The translations under genes were made by a program, and so were the position numbers. Below the pieces are notes generated by a model. It ran no database searches. It was given only the letters and a program-made list of their open reading frames with translations, and was not told where the DNA came from. Shown here piece after piece: positions 9,887 through 18,116 of a stretch of DNA of 64,000 nucleotides. The first letter of the stretch is position 1. Every line of letters begins with the position of its first letter. This stretch comes from a virus (taxonomy: Duplodnaviria > Caudoviricetes), in IMG/VR virus record IMGVR_UViG_2861295632_000001; one strand, 5' to 3'.

Positions 9887-9919
9887 CCGCGCACGCCTGA
9901 GGGCTGGGCGGCTTTTCTT
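9887..9919 (+). terminator. second terminator-like hairpin in the late leader
   Basis: Imperfect CCGC..GCC/GGC..GCGG stem then CTTTTCTT. Confidence 0.4.
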
Positions 9920-10068
9920 GGCCCTCAGAACGAGGAGCGGCCCGGACGCGGCGCACTCACCTCACAGGACGTGACCGCGGCCTTCAGGGCGGATCCATCC
10001 GGGAGTATCGCTGCCTTCTCCGGGCAGGCATCAGCGGCTGGCCCAGGGCCGAAAACCTGGGCACCCCT

Positions 10069-10160
10069 GCGCCCCGCCGAGCAGGCACGCCGCCGCGCCG
10101 CCCAACCTCCAGGGCACAGCGGACCGGCTCACCCGGTGACAACTCCGGGAGGGCGCACCA
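10069..10160 (+). ncRNA. tRNA-like structured element (non-canonical)
   Basis: GCGCCC...GGGCGC acceptor-like stem ending in ACCA; adjacent 5-bp arm CCCGG-TGACAACT-CCGGG; 92 nt; no canonical TTC loop or D-arm. Confidence 0.3.
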
Positions 10161-10274
10161 CCGGGCCGCAGGACTCCCCTGCCCCACGACCACCTCAAGA
10201 CGCCGCTGCCCCCTTGGGCAAATCCTTGCGCGTCGCCCCGCTGTCTACCCTGGTGGACACGGGCTGGAGCATGT

Positions 10275-11069
10275 ATGGCACCACGTAAGAACCCCGCCCC
10301 GGCCGACACCGCCCTGCGGATCGAGTACCTCCCGCTCGACCAGCTCGCCCGCTGGCCCGGCAACCCCAAGGAGCACGCCGACGGTGCCATCGCCGCCAGC
10401 ATCGCCCGCTTCGGCTTCCGCGACCCCCTCGCCATCGACGAGACGACCGGTCGCCTGATCGCCGGGCACGGCCGCCTCTCGGTGCTGGAGCGCGCCCACG
10501 CCGCAGGCAGCCCGCCTCCCCAGTTCGTGCAGGTCCGCGAGGACGGCATGTGGCTGGTGCCGGTCACGCGCGGCGGCAGTTTCGGCAGCGAGGACGAGGC
10601 CGCCGCCTACCTGGTCGCCCACAACCGCACCGGCGAACTCGGCGGCTGGAACGACGAACTGCTCAGGGGGATGCTGGGCAACCTCGACGACGACCTGCGC
10701 GCCGTGGCAGGCTTCGACCTCGCCGCCTTCGTGCAGGAGACGGACGCAGCAGCCGCGAGTGCCCCCGCCCTTCCGGAACCGCCTTCGGAGTTCCTGAACG
10801 ACCTGATCGGCGGAGCGGCAGCGCCGCAGGCGCAGGCCTCCCCCACCCCGGCGGCGGGAGGTGACGCGGCCCCTGCCGAGCCTGCGCCTCCCGCATCTGG
10901 AGGGCCAGGCGGCCCCGAGTACGTGCAGGTCGTGTACGTGGTGCCTGCGCCGGACCGTGACCTCGCGCAGAAGGCCGTGAAGCAGGCCCGCGAGCAGTTC
11001 GGCGTGGCGACCGCGCCCGAGGCCTTCATGGCGATCATCCGCGCCTATCTGAACGAGGTGACCGCGTGA
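10275..11069 (+). CDS. ParB/Sulfiredoxin-like N-terminal domain protein
   Basis: NPKEH...IAASIARFGFRDPL..D..GRLIAGHGRL...AHNR..ELGGWN; Pro/Ala linker; small C-terminal domain. Confidence 0.85.
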   Translation: MAPRKNPAPADTALRIEYLPLDQLARWPGNPKEHADGAIAASIARFGFRDPLAIDETTGRLIAGHGRLSVLERAHAAGSPPPQFVQVREDGMWLVPVTRGGSFGSEDEAAAYLVAHNRTGELGGWNDELLRGMLGNLDDDLRAVAGFDLAAFVQETDAAAASAPALPEPPSEFLNDLIGGAAAPQAQASPTPAAGGDAAPAEPAPPASGGPGGPEYVQVVYVVPAPDRDLAQKAVKQAREQFGVATAPEAFMAIIRAYLNEVTA

Positions 11070-11806
11070 GCCCCGATCCGATGAAGGCCCACCCCGACGA
11101 CGAGAACGAGATCCACGACATCGCCGCGTTCGTGGACCCAGCGCGGAACGTCGTCACGCCGGTCATGCAGCTGAGCGAGGAGCTGGCCGGGCAGCTCGTG
11201 TGGGCCTTCGCCCGCATCGTGCGCGCCGCCCACGGCAGCCGCGCCGCCCGCACCCCCGACGAGGACGGCATCACCCGCGCCCAGGAGTTCGAGGAAGGGG
11301 ACGTGTACATGCTGGAGAGGCCCTTCGACGGGTACTTCGCCAGTCGCTACCTGATGGACTTCTACAACGTCGAGGAGCGCGGCATCTGCTCGCGGATGCA
11401 CCTGCACACTGGGCTGAGGTTCGTGCGGATGATGACCGGCCCCGGCACCACGATCCGGGTGGGCAGCCTCAGCCCCTTCCTCGTCACCAACGTGCCCGGC
11501 GTGACGCCCTTCATCCCCTTCCAGTTCGAGGACGAGCTGCCCGACCTGCCCCAGGGCGTGGAGCGCACCCGCTACAACCTGCTGGTGCCGCCGAACAGCT
11601 TCGTGGACATGCAGATCCCGCGCGGCGTGTCGCACCAGTTCAACGCCATCGGCCCGAACGCGGTGATCGACTCCGTACACCCGGAAGAGTCCATCGAGAC
11701 GTTCCGCGAGCGCATGTCCGGGTTCAAGATGCTGGCCCAGACGATCTTCCTGACAGAAGACCGTCCCGACGCCAGCAATTGCTCGGACCTCAGGGAAGAG
11801 GAATGA
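11066..11806 (+). CDS. cupin-fold putative metalloprotein
   Basis: Cupin motif 1 SRMHLHTG and motif 2 IPRGVSHQF; GTGA/ATGA coupled. Confidence 0.7.
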   Translation: MSPDPMKAHPDDENEIHDIAAFVDPARNVVTPVMQLSEELAGQLVWAFARIVRAAHGSRAARTPDEDGITRAQEFEEGDVYMLERPFDGYFASRYLMDFYNVEERGICSRMHLHTGLRFVRMMTGPGTTIRVGSLSPFLVTNVPGVTPFIPFQFEDELPDLPQGVERTRYNLLVPPNSFVDMQIPRGVSHQFNAIGPNAVIDSVHPEESIETFRERMSGFKMLAQTIFLTEDRPDASNCSDLREEE

Positions 11807-12594
11807 CGGCGCCCACCATCCCCCGCAAACAGGTGTCCAGTCAGCAGGCCTGGCTCGACACCTGGGCACGGGTGGAAGACCTCTGCCCACCCGCCCAACT
11901 GGACGCCCTGATCGAGCACACCCTGGCCGAGATGCGCGCGCAGTTCAGCGGGCGGCAGGTGGCGTTCGCCTGGAGCGGCGGCAAGGACTCGCTGGTCGTG
12001 GAGTGGCTGTGCGACCAGCTCGGCACCGAGGCCTGCGTGTTCGGCATGACCAACCTCGAGTACCCGGAGTTCCTCGCCTGGGTCACCGACCACATGCCGC
12101 CCGGCGTGCAGGTGATCAACACCGGCCAGGACCTCGCGTGGCTGGCGAGGAACCCGCAAATGCTCTTCCCGCAGCGCGCGCAGGACAACGCCCGCTGGTT
12201 CCGGGTGGTGCAGCACACGGCGCAGCGGCGGTACTTCCAGGAGCACCAGCTCGACGTGCTGGTGCTGGGCCGCCGACACGCGGAAGGCAACTTCTGCGGC
12301 GCGGGCGGCCTCTACCGCAACCGCGAGGGCATCACACGCTACAGCCCGATTCGGGACTGGTCCCACGAGGCCGTGCTCGCCCTGATCAAGCGCGAGGGGT
12401 ACAGCCTCCCGCCGATCTACGGGTACCCACGCGGCTGGCAGGTCGGCACCGGCTGCTGGCCGCAGCGCCTGTACACCAAGAGCCAGCAGCAGGGCTGGGA
12501 CGAGACCTGGGAGATCGACCCGGACATCGTTCGTCAGGCAGCCACGGTGCTGCCCCAGGCCCGCGACTACCTGCACGCCCGGGGGCTGACGTGA
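11803..12594 (+). CDS. PAPS-reductase-family (PP-loop) protein
   Basis: AWSGGKDS, LGRRHAE, SPIRDWS, GTGCWP; ATG at 11803 overlaps the upstream stop. Confidence 0.88.
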   Translation: MTAPTIPRKQVSSQQAWLDTWARVEDLCPPAQLDALIEHTLAEMRAQFSGRQVAFAWSGGKDSLVVEWLCDQLGTEACVFGMTNLEYPEFLAWVTDHMPPGVQVINTGQDLAWLARNPQMLFPQRAQDNARWFRVVQHTAQRRYFQEHQLDVLVLGRRHAEGNFCGAGGLYRNREGITRYSPIRDWSHEAVLALIKREGYSLPPIYGYPRGWQVGTGCWPQRLYTKSQQQGWDETWEIDPDIVRQAATVLPQARDYLHARGLT

Positions 12595-13253
12595 TGTGCG
12601 GCCTGTACGGCTTCTGGCGCAGCGGCGGCCCGCCGGAGGCGGACAGGTTGCGCGGCCTGGCCCTGCGCGCGGGCACACGCGGCCCCCACGCCCATGGACA
12701 CGCCACGCAGGGAGGACGCCACGTGGCGCTGGGGCCGGTGGCGCTCTCGCCCTTGTCCACCGTGGTGGAGAGCGTGATCGGCCACGCAAGGCTGGCGACC
12801 GCTGGAGCACACGACGACCTCGCCTGCGCGCAGCCCTTCCAGGTGGGTCCGCTGTTCGTGGCCCACAACGGCACCGTGCCGGGAGCCTCCGCGCTGGCCG
12901 CCCGGCACGGCCTGAACCCGGCGACCGCCAGCGACAGCGAGGTCCTGGCGCTGCTGCTGACCCGCACCGACCTGCGTGCAGGCGTGGCCACCCTGCTCGA
13001 CACACTGGCGCCGGGCGTGCCGCTCGCGCTGCTGGTGCTGACCGAGGACGGTCAGGTGGTCGCTGCCCGGCGAGGTCACCCCCTGCACGCGCTGACCCGA
13101 GAAGAAGGCACCTACCTGTGCAGCCTGCCCTTTCCGGGGAGCATGCCGCTGCCCGACGCCACGGTGACGGTGTACGGCTCGGGCGAGCAGTACCCGCTGG
13201 CCACCACGGCGCATCTGCGCCGCCATCAGGGAGGCCCGCAGTGGACCCCCTGA
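12594..13253 (+). CDS. class II (Ntn) glutamine amidotransferase, stand-alone
   Basis: Starts MCGLYG (catalytic Cys2) at a TGATG overlap; RGPH, GHARLAT, QPF, HNG, SDSE. Confidence 0.88.
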   Translation: MCGLYGFWRSGGPPEADRLRGLALRAGTRGPHAHGHATQGGRHVALGPVALSPLSTVVESVIGHARLATAGAHDDLACAQPFQVGPLFVAHNGTVPGASALAARHGLNPATASDSEVLALLLTRTDLRAGVATLLDTLAPGVPLALLVLTEDGQVVAARRGHPLHALTREEGTYLCSLPFPGSMPLPDATVTVYGSGEQYPLATTAHLRRHQGGPQWTP

Positions 13254-14581
13254 TGCGCGAGGACGTCGCCGGGGACGTGTCCGCGCCCCACCCGGGCCTG
13301 AAGCCCTTCAAGTACAACCCGAAGAACAGCCGCCTGAAGGCCGAGGACAGCGACCAGGACGTGCTGACCCTGGCCCGCGAGCGGATGCGCGCCCTGTTCG
13401 AACGCTTCGACCACGTGTCGGTGAGCTTCAGCGGCGGCAAGGACTCCACCGTCGTCCTCAACCTGGCGCTGGAGGCCGCCCGCGAACTCGGGCGCACCCC
13501 GCTCGACGTGGTGTTTTACGACGAGGAGTGCATCTACACCGAGAACATCGACTACGTGCGCCGGGTGGCCGCCGACCCGGACGTGGCCCTGCGCTGGGTG
13601 TGCGTGCCGGTCAAGCACCGCAACGCCTGCTCCAGCGAGTCGCCCGTGTGGTACCCCTGGGCGCCGGAGGACCGTCACCTGTGGGTGCGGGAGCTGCCGC
13701 AAGAGGCGATCACCGAGATCCCGGGGTACGACCACGCGGACCCGGCCACCCGCCTGAGCATTCCCGAGGTGAGCGGCCTGCTGTTTCCGCCCACCCTCGG
13801 CAACGTGGTGCAGCTGCTGGGCATCCGGGCCGACGAGAGCCTGATCCGCCGGGCCGCCGTGAGCCGCCGGGTGGTCGACAACTACATCATCAAAGACCGG
13901 GGCGGCTACGGCGGAGCCAACGACGTGCAGCACGCCGGGAATGTCTGGAAGGCCTACCCGATCTACGACTGGCGCACCGAAGACGTGTGGTTGGCGCCCA
14001 AGCTGCTGGGCTGGGATTACTGCCGGGTGTACGACCTGCTCGACCAGATCGGGTTCACGCCGGGCAAGCAACGGCTGGCGCCCCCGTTCGGCGAGGAGCC
14101 GATGCAGCGCCTCGACCAGTACCACCAGTGCGAGCCTGCGCTGTGGGACCGGATGCTGGCCCGGGTGCCCGGCGCGCAGACGGCCAAGCGCTATTCCCGG
14201 ACGGAGCTGTACGCCTTCGGGGAGATTCCGGACAAGCCGCACGGCATCACCTACGAGGCCTGGTTGCGGGACCTGGTGACCTCCAACTTCCCCGAGAAGG
14301 AAGCCCAGGCCGTCAGCAAGAAGATCCGCGCGCACTTGCGGATGCACTACCGCAAGACGGCGGACGCGCTGGCCCCGCACGTGGACCATCCGCTCACTGG
14401 CTACTCGTGGACCTTCTTCGTGAAGATGGCCATGCGGGGGAACTTCAAGGACCGTCGTCAGCCAGCCTTGGGCCGCCGCACTCCTGAGCAGTTCCAGAAA
14501 GACCTCGCGAAGTACCGCGCCGACCTCCAGCGCTATCAGGGCGAGCTGGCGGAGGCCCGCGCCCTCCTAGGAGACCAATGA
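13241..14581 (+). CDS. IbrA/YbdN-like PAPS-reductase-family protein (DUF3440 type)
   Basis: SFSGGKDS, FYDEE, GIRADES..R, YPIYDW..EDVW, EP.LWDRM..RVPG; GTG 13241 after GGAGG (alternative ATG 13253). Confidence 0.88.
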   Translation: MDPLMREDVAGDVSAPHPGLKPFKYNPKNSRLKAEDSDQDVLTLARERMRALFERFDHVSVSFSGGKDSTVVLNLALEAARELGRTPLDVVFYDEECIYTENIDYVRRVAADPDVALRWVCVPVKHRNACSSESPVWYPWAPEDRHLWVRELPQEAITEIPGYDHADPATRLSIPEVSGLLFPPTLGNVVQLLGIRADESLIRRAAVSRRVVDNYIIKDRGGYGGANDVQHAGNVWKAYPIYDWRTEDVWLAPKLLGWDYCRVYDLLDQIGFTPGKQRLAPPFGEEPMQRLDQYHQCEPALWDRMLARVPGAQTAKRYSRTELYAFGEIPDKPHGITYEAWLRDLVTSNFPEKEAQAVSKKIRAHLRMHYRKTADALAPHVDHPLTGYSWTFFVKMAMRGNFKDRRQPALGRRTPEQFQKDLAKYRADLQRYQGELAEARALLGDQ

Positions 14582-15096
14582 ATCACGGCCGCGATGCCCA
14601 ACCCCTGTCACGGATCGAGTGGGTCCACCGCGACGACCTGCACGCCAACGGGTACAACCCCAACCACGTCGCCAAGCCGGAGATGGACCTGCTCAAGACC
14701 AGCCTGTTCGAAGACGGCTGGACACAGCCCATCGTGGCGAGGCCCGACGGTGAGATCGTGGACGGCTTCCACCGCTGGACCTGCAGCGGCGACCCGCGCA
14801 TCTACGCGATGACTGATGGGTACGTGCCGGTGGTGCGCCTGCTGCCGCCCGCGACCGGCGACCAGATGCTCAGCACCATCCGGCACAACCGGGCCAGGGG
14901 CGAGCACGGCGTGCTGCCGATGGCGGACATCGTGCGCCGCCTGATTGACGAGGAGGGGCTGACCCCTGAGCAGGTGATGGTGCGCTGCGGCATGGAGAAA
15001 GAAGAAGTCACCCGCCTGTATGACCGAGGCGGGATGACGGTAAGGGGAACGCAGGGGCGAACTCAGTTCAGCAACGGGTGGAAGCCTAGTAGCTAA
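14578..15096 (+). CDS. IbrB/YbdM-like ParB-family protein
   Basis: ANGYNPNHVA.PEM.LL..S...DGWTQPIV, EIVDGFHR, STIRHNRARGEH. Confidence 0.9.
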   Translation: MNHGRDAQPLSRIEWVHRDDLHANGYNPNHVAKPEMDLLKTSLFEDGWTQPIVARPDGEIVDGFHRWTCSGDPRIYAMTDGYVPVVRLLPPATGDQMLSTIRHNRARGEHGVLPMADIVRRLIDEEGLTPEQVMVRCGMEKEEVTRLYDRGGMTVRGTQGRTQFSNGWKPSS

Positions 15097-15626
15097 CGAT
15101 GGTTTTCCGGGTGAACTGCGGCCTGCCTCAGTGCCTCCAGATCATCAGCCGACAGCGCCTCACCCGTTGTTCGGCGCTGCCCGTACTCATCCAGCATGCG
15201 CTGATAGCGAGCGCGCGTTGGGCCATGACTGTTCGGGAACCGGCCGTTTCGGAGGAACATGGCGTAAATGCTGTCCTCTTCACGGGCAGCAAATCCCGCG
15301 AAGCTAAGAAGGCGGCTCTCGTTATTGCCATCAAATCCAATGAACCGAAGGGCGAAGTTCTCTTGGGCGGCGAGATCGATGCTGTGCGCCTCGACCGCAT
15401 CGTGAATGGCCACGTACATGTCCAGCACGTCGTATACAAACTCCGATTCTTCGGCGGGAATGGCGTCTGGATCAATGCTCGTGAACAGTTCGTCGTATAG
15501 GGCCTCGTAGCCCCGGGTGACGATTTGTTCCATGCGCTCGTAGTGCTCCTTTTCCTCGGGTTCCAAGGCTGCAAGGATTCGGAAATTCTGCATCAGCATC
15601 AGCCGTTCCAGCTTCGTCAACTCCAT
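15093..15626 (-). CDS. YfbU-family protein (moron)
   Basis: ELTKLERLML.QNFRIL...GYEALY, V.DVLDMY, F.GFDGNNE, NSH.P....Y.RML; GGAGGTG SD; lower GC. Confidence 0.85.
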   Translation of the reverse strand: MELTKLERLMLMQNFRILAALEPEEKEHYERMEQIVTRGYEALYDELFTSIDPDAIPAEESEFVYDVLDMYVAIHDAVEAHSIDLAAQENFALRFIGFDGNNESRLLSFAGFAAREEDSIYAMFLRNGRFPNSHGPTRARYQRMLDEYGQRRTTGEALSADDLEALRQAAVHPENHR

Positions 15627-15697
15627 AACGCACCTCCACCCTGACTATGCCAGGGGGAGGCACTAAAAACTCACGCAAAAGAGGAGGTGACCTACCC

Positions 15698-16267
15698 ATG
15701 ACCAAACGTGCCCCCGCCAAGCCCGAGACAAATCCGAAAAAGAAGAGCAGCAGCGGGGCGCGCAGCGCCGAAGACAAGCGCGTCAAGCACGACTGGAGCG
15801 CCATCCGCCGCGAGTACATCCGGGGGGACGACACCGTCACGCTGGCCAGCCTCGCCGCCACACCGGGCTACCCGAGTGAGAGGCAGCTCGAACGCCGATC
15901 CAGCGCGGAAGATTGGCCCGACCTGCGCCTCCAGATGCGTCGGGAGGTTGACGGGAAGCTGCGCGCCCTCGACCTCGACATGAAGACCGAGGTGCGTCGG
16001 CGGCAGCTGAAGGTCGGAACGGCCCTGATCACGCTGGGGGTCCGCGCCATGGCGCACCAGGACCCGGAGAAGATGGATACGCTCGACATGTCCCGTGTCA
16101 TCAAGATCGGCGGGGAGCTGGAGCGCAAGGCCCTGGGCATGGACGAGCTGAACATCAACTTCGGCCGCATCAAGTCCCCGGACGACCTCGACAAGTTCAG
16201 CGAGGAAGAGCTGTGGCGCATCGCGGGGATGCTGCCACCCGACGAAGATGACGACGAGGAGTTCTAG
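15698..16267 (+). CDS. terminase small subunit (putative)
   Basis: AGGAGGTG SD; DWSAIRREYI.G HTH-like start; directly upstream of the large terminase. Confidence 0.75.
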   Translation: MTKRAPAKPETNPKKKSSSGARSAEDKRVKHDWSAIRREYIRGDDTVTLASLAATPGYPSERQLERRSSAEDWPDLRLQMRREVDGKLRALDLDMKTEVRRRQLKVGTALITLGVRAMAHQDPEKMDTLDMSRVIKIGGELERKALGMDELNINFGRIKSPDDLDKFSEEELWRIAGMLPPDEDDDEEF

Positions 16268-18116
16268 CCGCCCGCCCGGCTGGATGACGCGGCAGCACGC
16301 CCTGCAAGCCATCGCCCGCAAACGCCTGCGCGACAGCGGCAAGCTTCCCGAGCAGCAGCCCCAGCGCGACGAGCAGAGCCGCTGGACCGAGCGCTACGGC
16401 ACCGACCTGATCGGCTTTTGCGAGCGCGTCCTCGGCATAAAGCCCTGGAAAGGCATGAACGGCAAGCCGGGCCAGTACGAGATCCTGGAGGCGATTCAGG
16501 ACAGCGTGCGGCGGCAGCTCGCGGGCGAGCAGAACGTCCCGTTCATCTTAGTGATCGAGGCGGCCCACGGCGTCGGCAAGACGTACGGGATCGGCGCCCC
16601 CCTGATCGCCTGGTTCTACCGCTGCTTCGCGCCGTCGGTGATCCAGTCCACCGCGAACACCAACGACCAGGTGCGCGACACCCTCTGGAAGAACATCCGC
16701 ATGCACGTCGCCAACGCCAAAGCGCGGCGGCGTAACGTCATGCCCGGCCTGCTGCCCCGCGACATGCGCGCCGAGCAGAGCGCCGACCACTTCGCCATGG
16801 GCTTCGTCACGAACGACGCGGGCGGGACGGGCACGGAGCGCGTGCAGGGCCAGCACAACGACTTCCACCTGTGGGTCTTCGAGGAAGCCGAGGGTATCGC
16901 GGAGTTCATGTACGACGCGGTCAAGCGCCAGTTCACCGGCAACACCGTCCGCATCTGGCTGCTCTACGCCAACCCGAAGACCAGCGCCAGCACCTTCCAG
17001 GAGATGAAGCTGCACCCGCTGGCCCTGGTCTTCCGCCTCTCGCTGCTCGATTTCCCGAACGTCTGGGGCGGGACCAACGAGGTCCCGGGCGGCACCGACC
17101 GGACCACCTTCAACAACTGGATCGAGGACCAGCGGACCTTCGGGTGCGAGGTGGTGCCCGAGCTGGACGAGACGCGCCACACCTTCCAGGTTCCCTGGGA
17201 CGTGCCGAAGGCGGGGGGCGGTGTCCACCCGGCGGGCACGATCTTCGCCCCGAAGCGTGGCTTCCTCTACGGCGCCCTGGGCGTCCCGCCGAGCGGAGGC
17301 GGCGGGGACACTTTCATCAGCGCGGGCCGCTTCGACGCCTGCCTGACCCGCGAGGTGGTGCCCGCGCCCCTGCTGGAACCGGCAGACCCGGTCGGCGATC
17401 AGGTGCAGCGCCAGATCTGGGCTGGACAGATCGGGGTGGACTGCTCACGCTTCGGGGACGACGCCGGGACGATCTACTCCCTGGCCCGGCGGGTGCTGCG
17501 CTTCGAAGAAGCCATCCAGGGCGCGCAGGAGCTGGACGAGATCGGCCGCACCGACCGCTACGTGCAGGCGGTCGCCAAGGCCGCCCGGCGCCTGGCTGCC
17601 CAGGGCATCACACGCCTGAGCATCCGCGTGGACGCCGGATACGGCGGCGGCATCGTGGACGGCCTGCGCAAGCTCACAGACCTCGCCGCCCTCTTCCCGG
17701 ACGGCTTCGTGGTGCACGAGGTCGCCTTCGGCAGCGTGCCGAGCGACCCCGACCAGTACGCCGACCTGGTGACCGAGATGTACGCGCTGACCGACGAGGT
17801 GCTCAGCGCTGTCCGCATCGACAAGGCCACGCTGCCGCTGCTGCTCAAGCGGGATCTGGTCGAGCGCAAGTACGGCTACGTCACGCGCCGTGACCGAGAT
17901 GTCCGAAAGCTGGAGAAGAAAAGCGACTTCAAGAAACGCACCAAGGGGCAAAGCCCCGACGACGGCGACGGCGCAGTCCTGGCCCTCGCCCCCGAGCGGC
18001 TGTTCCAGAGGCCCGGCCGCCACGATCCCGCTGCCGAGGCAGCAGCATCCCTGACCGTGCAGTCCGGGCAGGACACCGAAGGAGGTGAGTACAACGACGT
18101 TTATTCTTGGTCCTGA
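16248..18116 (+). CDS. terminase large subunit
   Basis: Walker A AAHGVGKT, Walker B LWVFEEAEG, coupling motif YANP, RNase H-like GVDCSRFGDD and SPDDGDG. Confidence 0.92.
   Translation: MTTRSSSRPPGWMTRQHALQAIARKRLRDSGKLPEQQPQRDEQSRWTERYGTDLIGFCERVLGIKPWKGMNGKPGQYEILEAIQDSVRRQLAGEQNVPFILVIEAAHGVGKTYGIGAPLIAWFYRCFAPSVIQSTANTNDQVRDTLWKNIRMHVANAKARRRNVMPGLLPRDMRAEQSADHFAMGFVTNDAGGTGTERVQGQHNDFHLWVFEEAEGIAEFMYDAVKRQFTGNTVRIWLLYANPKTSASTFQEMKLHPLALVFRLSLLDFPNVWGGTNEVPGGTDRTTFNNWIEDQRTFGCEVVPELDETRHTFQVPWDVPKAGGGVHPAGTIFAPKRGFLYGALGVPPSGGGGDTFISAGRFDACLTREVVPAPLLEPADPVGDQVQRQIWAGQIGVDCSRFGDDAGTIYSLARRVLRFEEAIQGAQELDEIGRTDRYVQAVAKAARRLAAQGITRLSIRVDAGYGGGIVDGLRKLTDLAALFPDGFVVHEVAFGSVPSDPDQYADLVTEMYALTDEVLSAVRIDKATLPLLLKRDLVERKYGYVTRRDRDVRKLEKKSDFKKRTKGQSPDDGDGAVLALAPERLFQRPGRHDPAAEAAASLTVQSGQDTEGGEYNDVYSWS

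Noticed and set aside
10001-10068. Possible tRNA upstream of the tRNA-like element
   Set aside because: Only a T-arm-like hairpin; acceptor stem does not pair and there is no CCA.
9971-10288. 105-aa ORF in the late leader
   Set aside because: Low-complexity Pro/Ala translation and weak codon bias; the region looks like structured RNA.
11200-11802. N-terminal extensions in the ORF track (starts 11200, 12003, 12596, 46024, 47340, 50156, 57595)
   Set aside because: Mostly Arg/Pro-rich off-frame sequence overlapping upstream genes; better starts with SD, coupling or family-typical N-termini exist downstream.
11803-14581. Sulfate-assimilation cysH or canonical dnd/ssp phosphorothioation cluster
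   Set aside because: No CysH C-terminal ECGLH motif and no cysteine desulfurase, DndD/DndE or SspB/C in the window.
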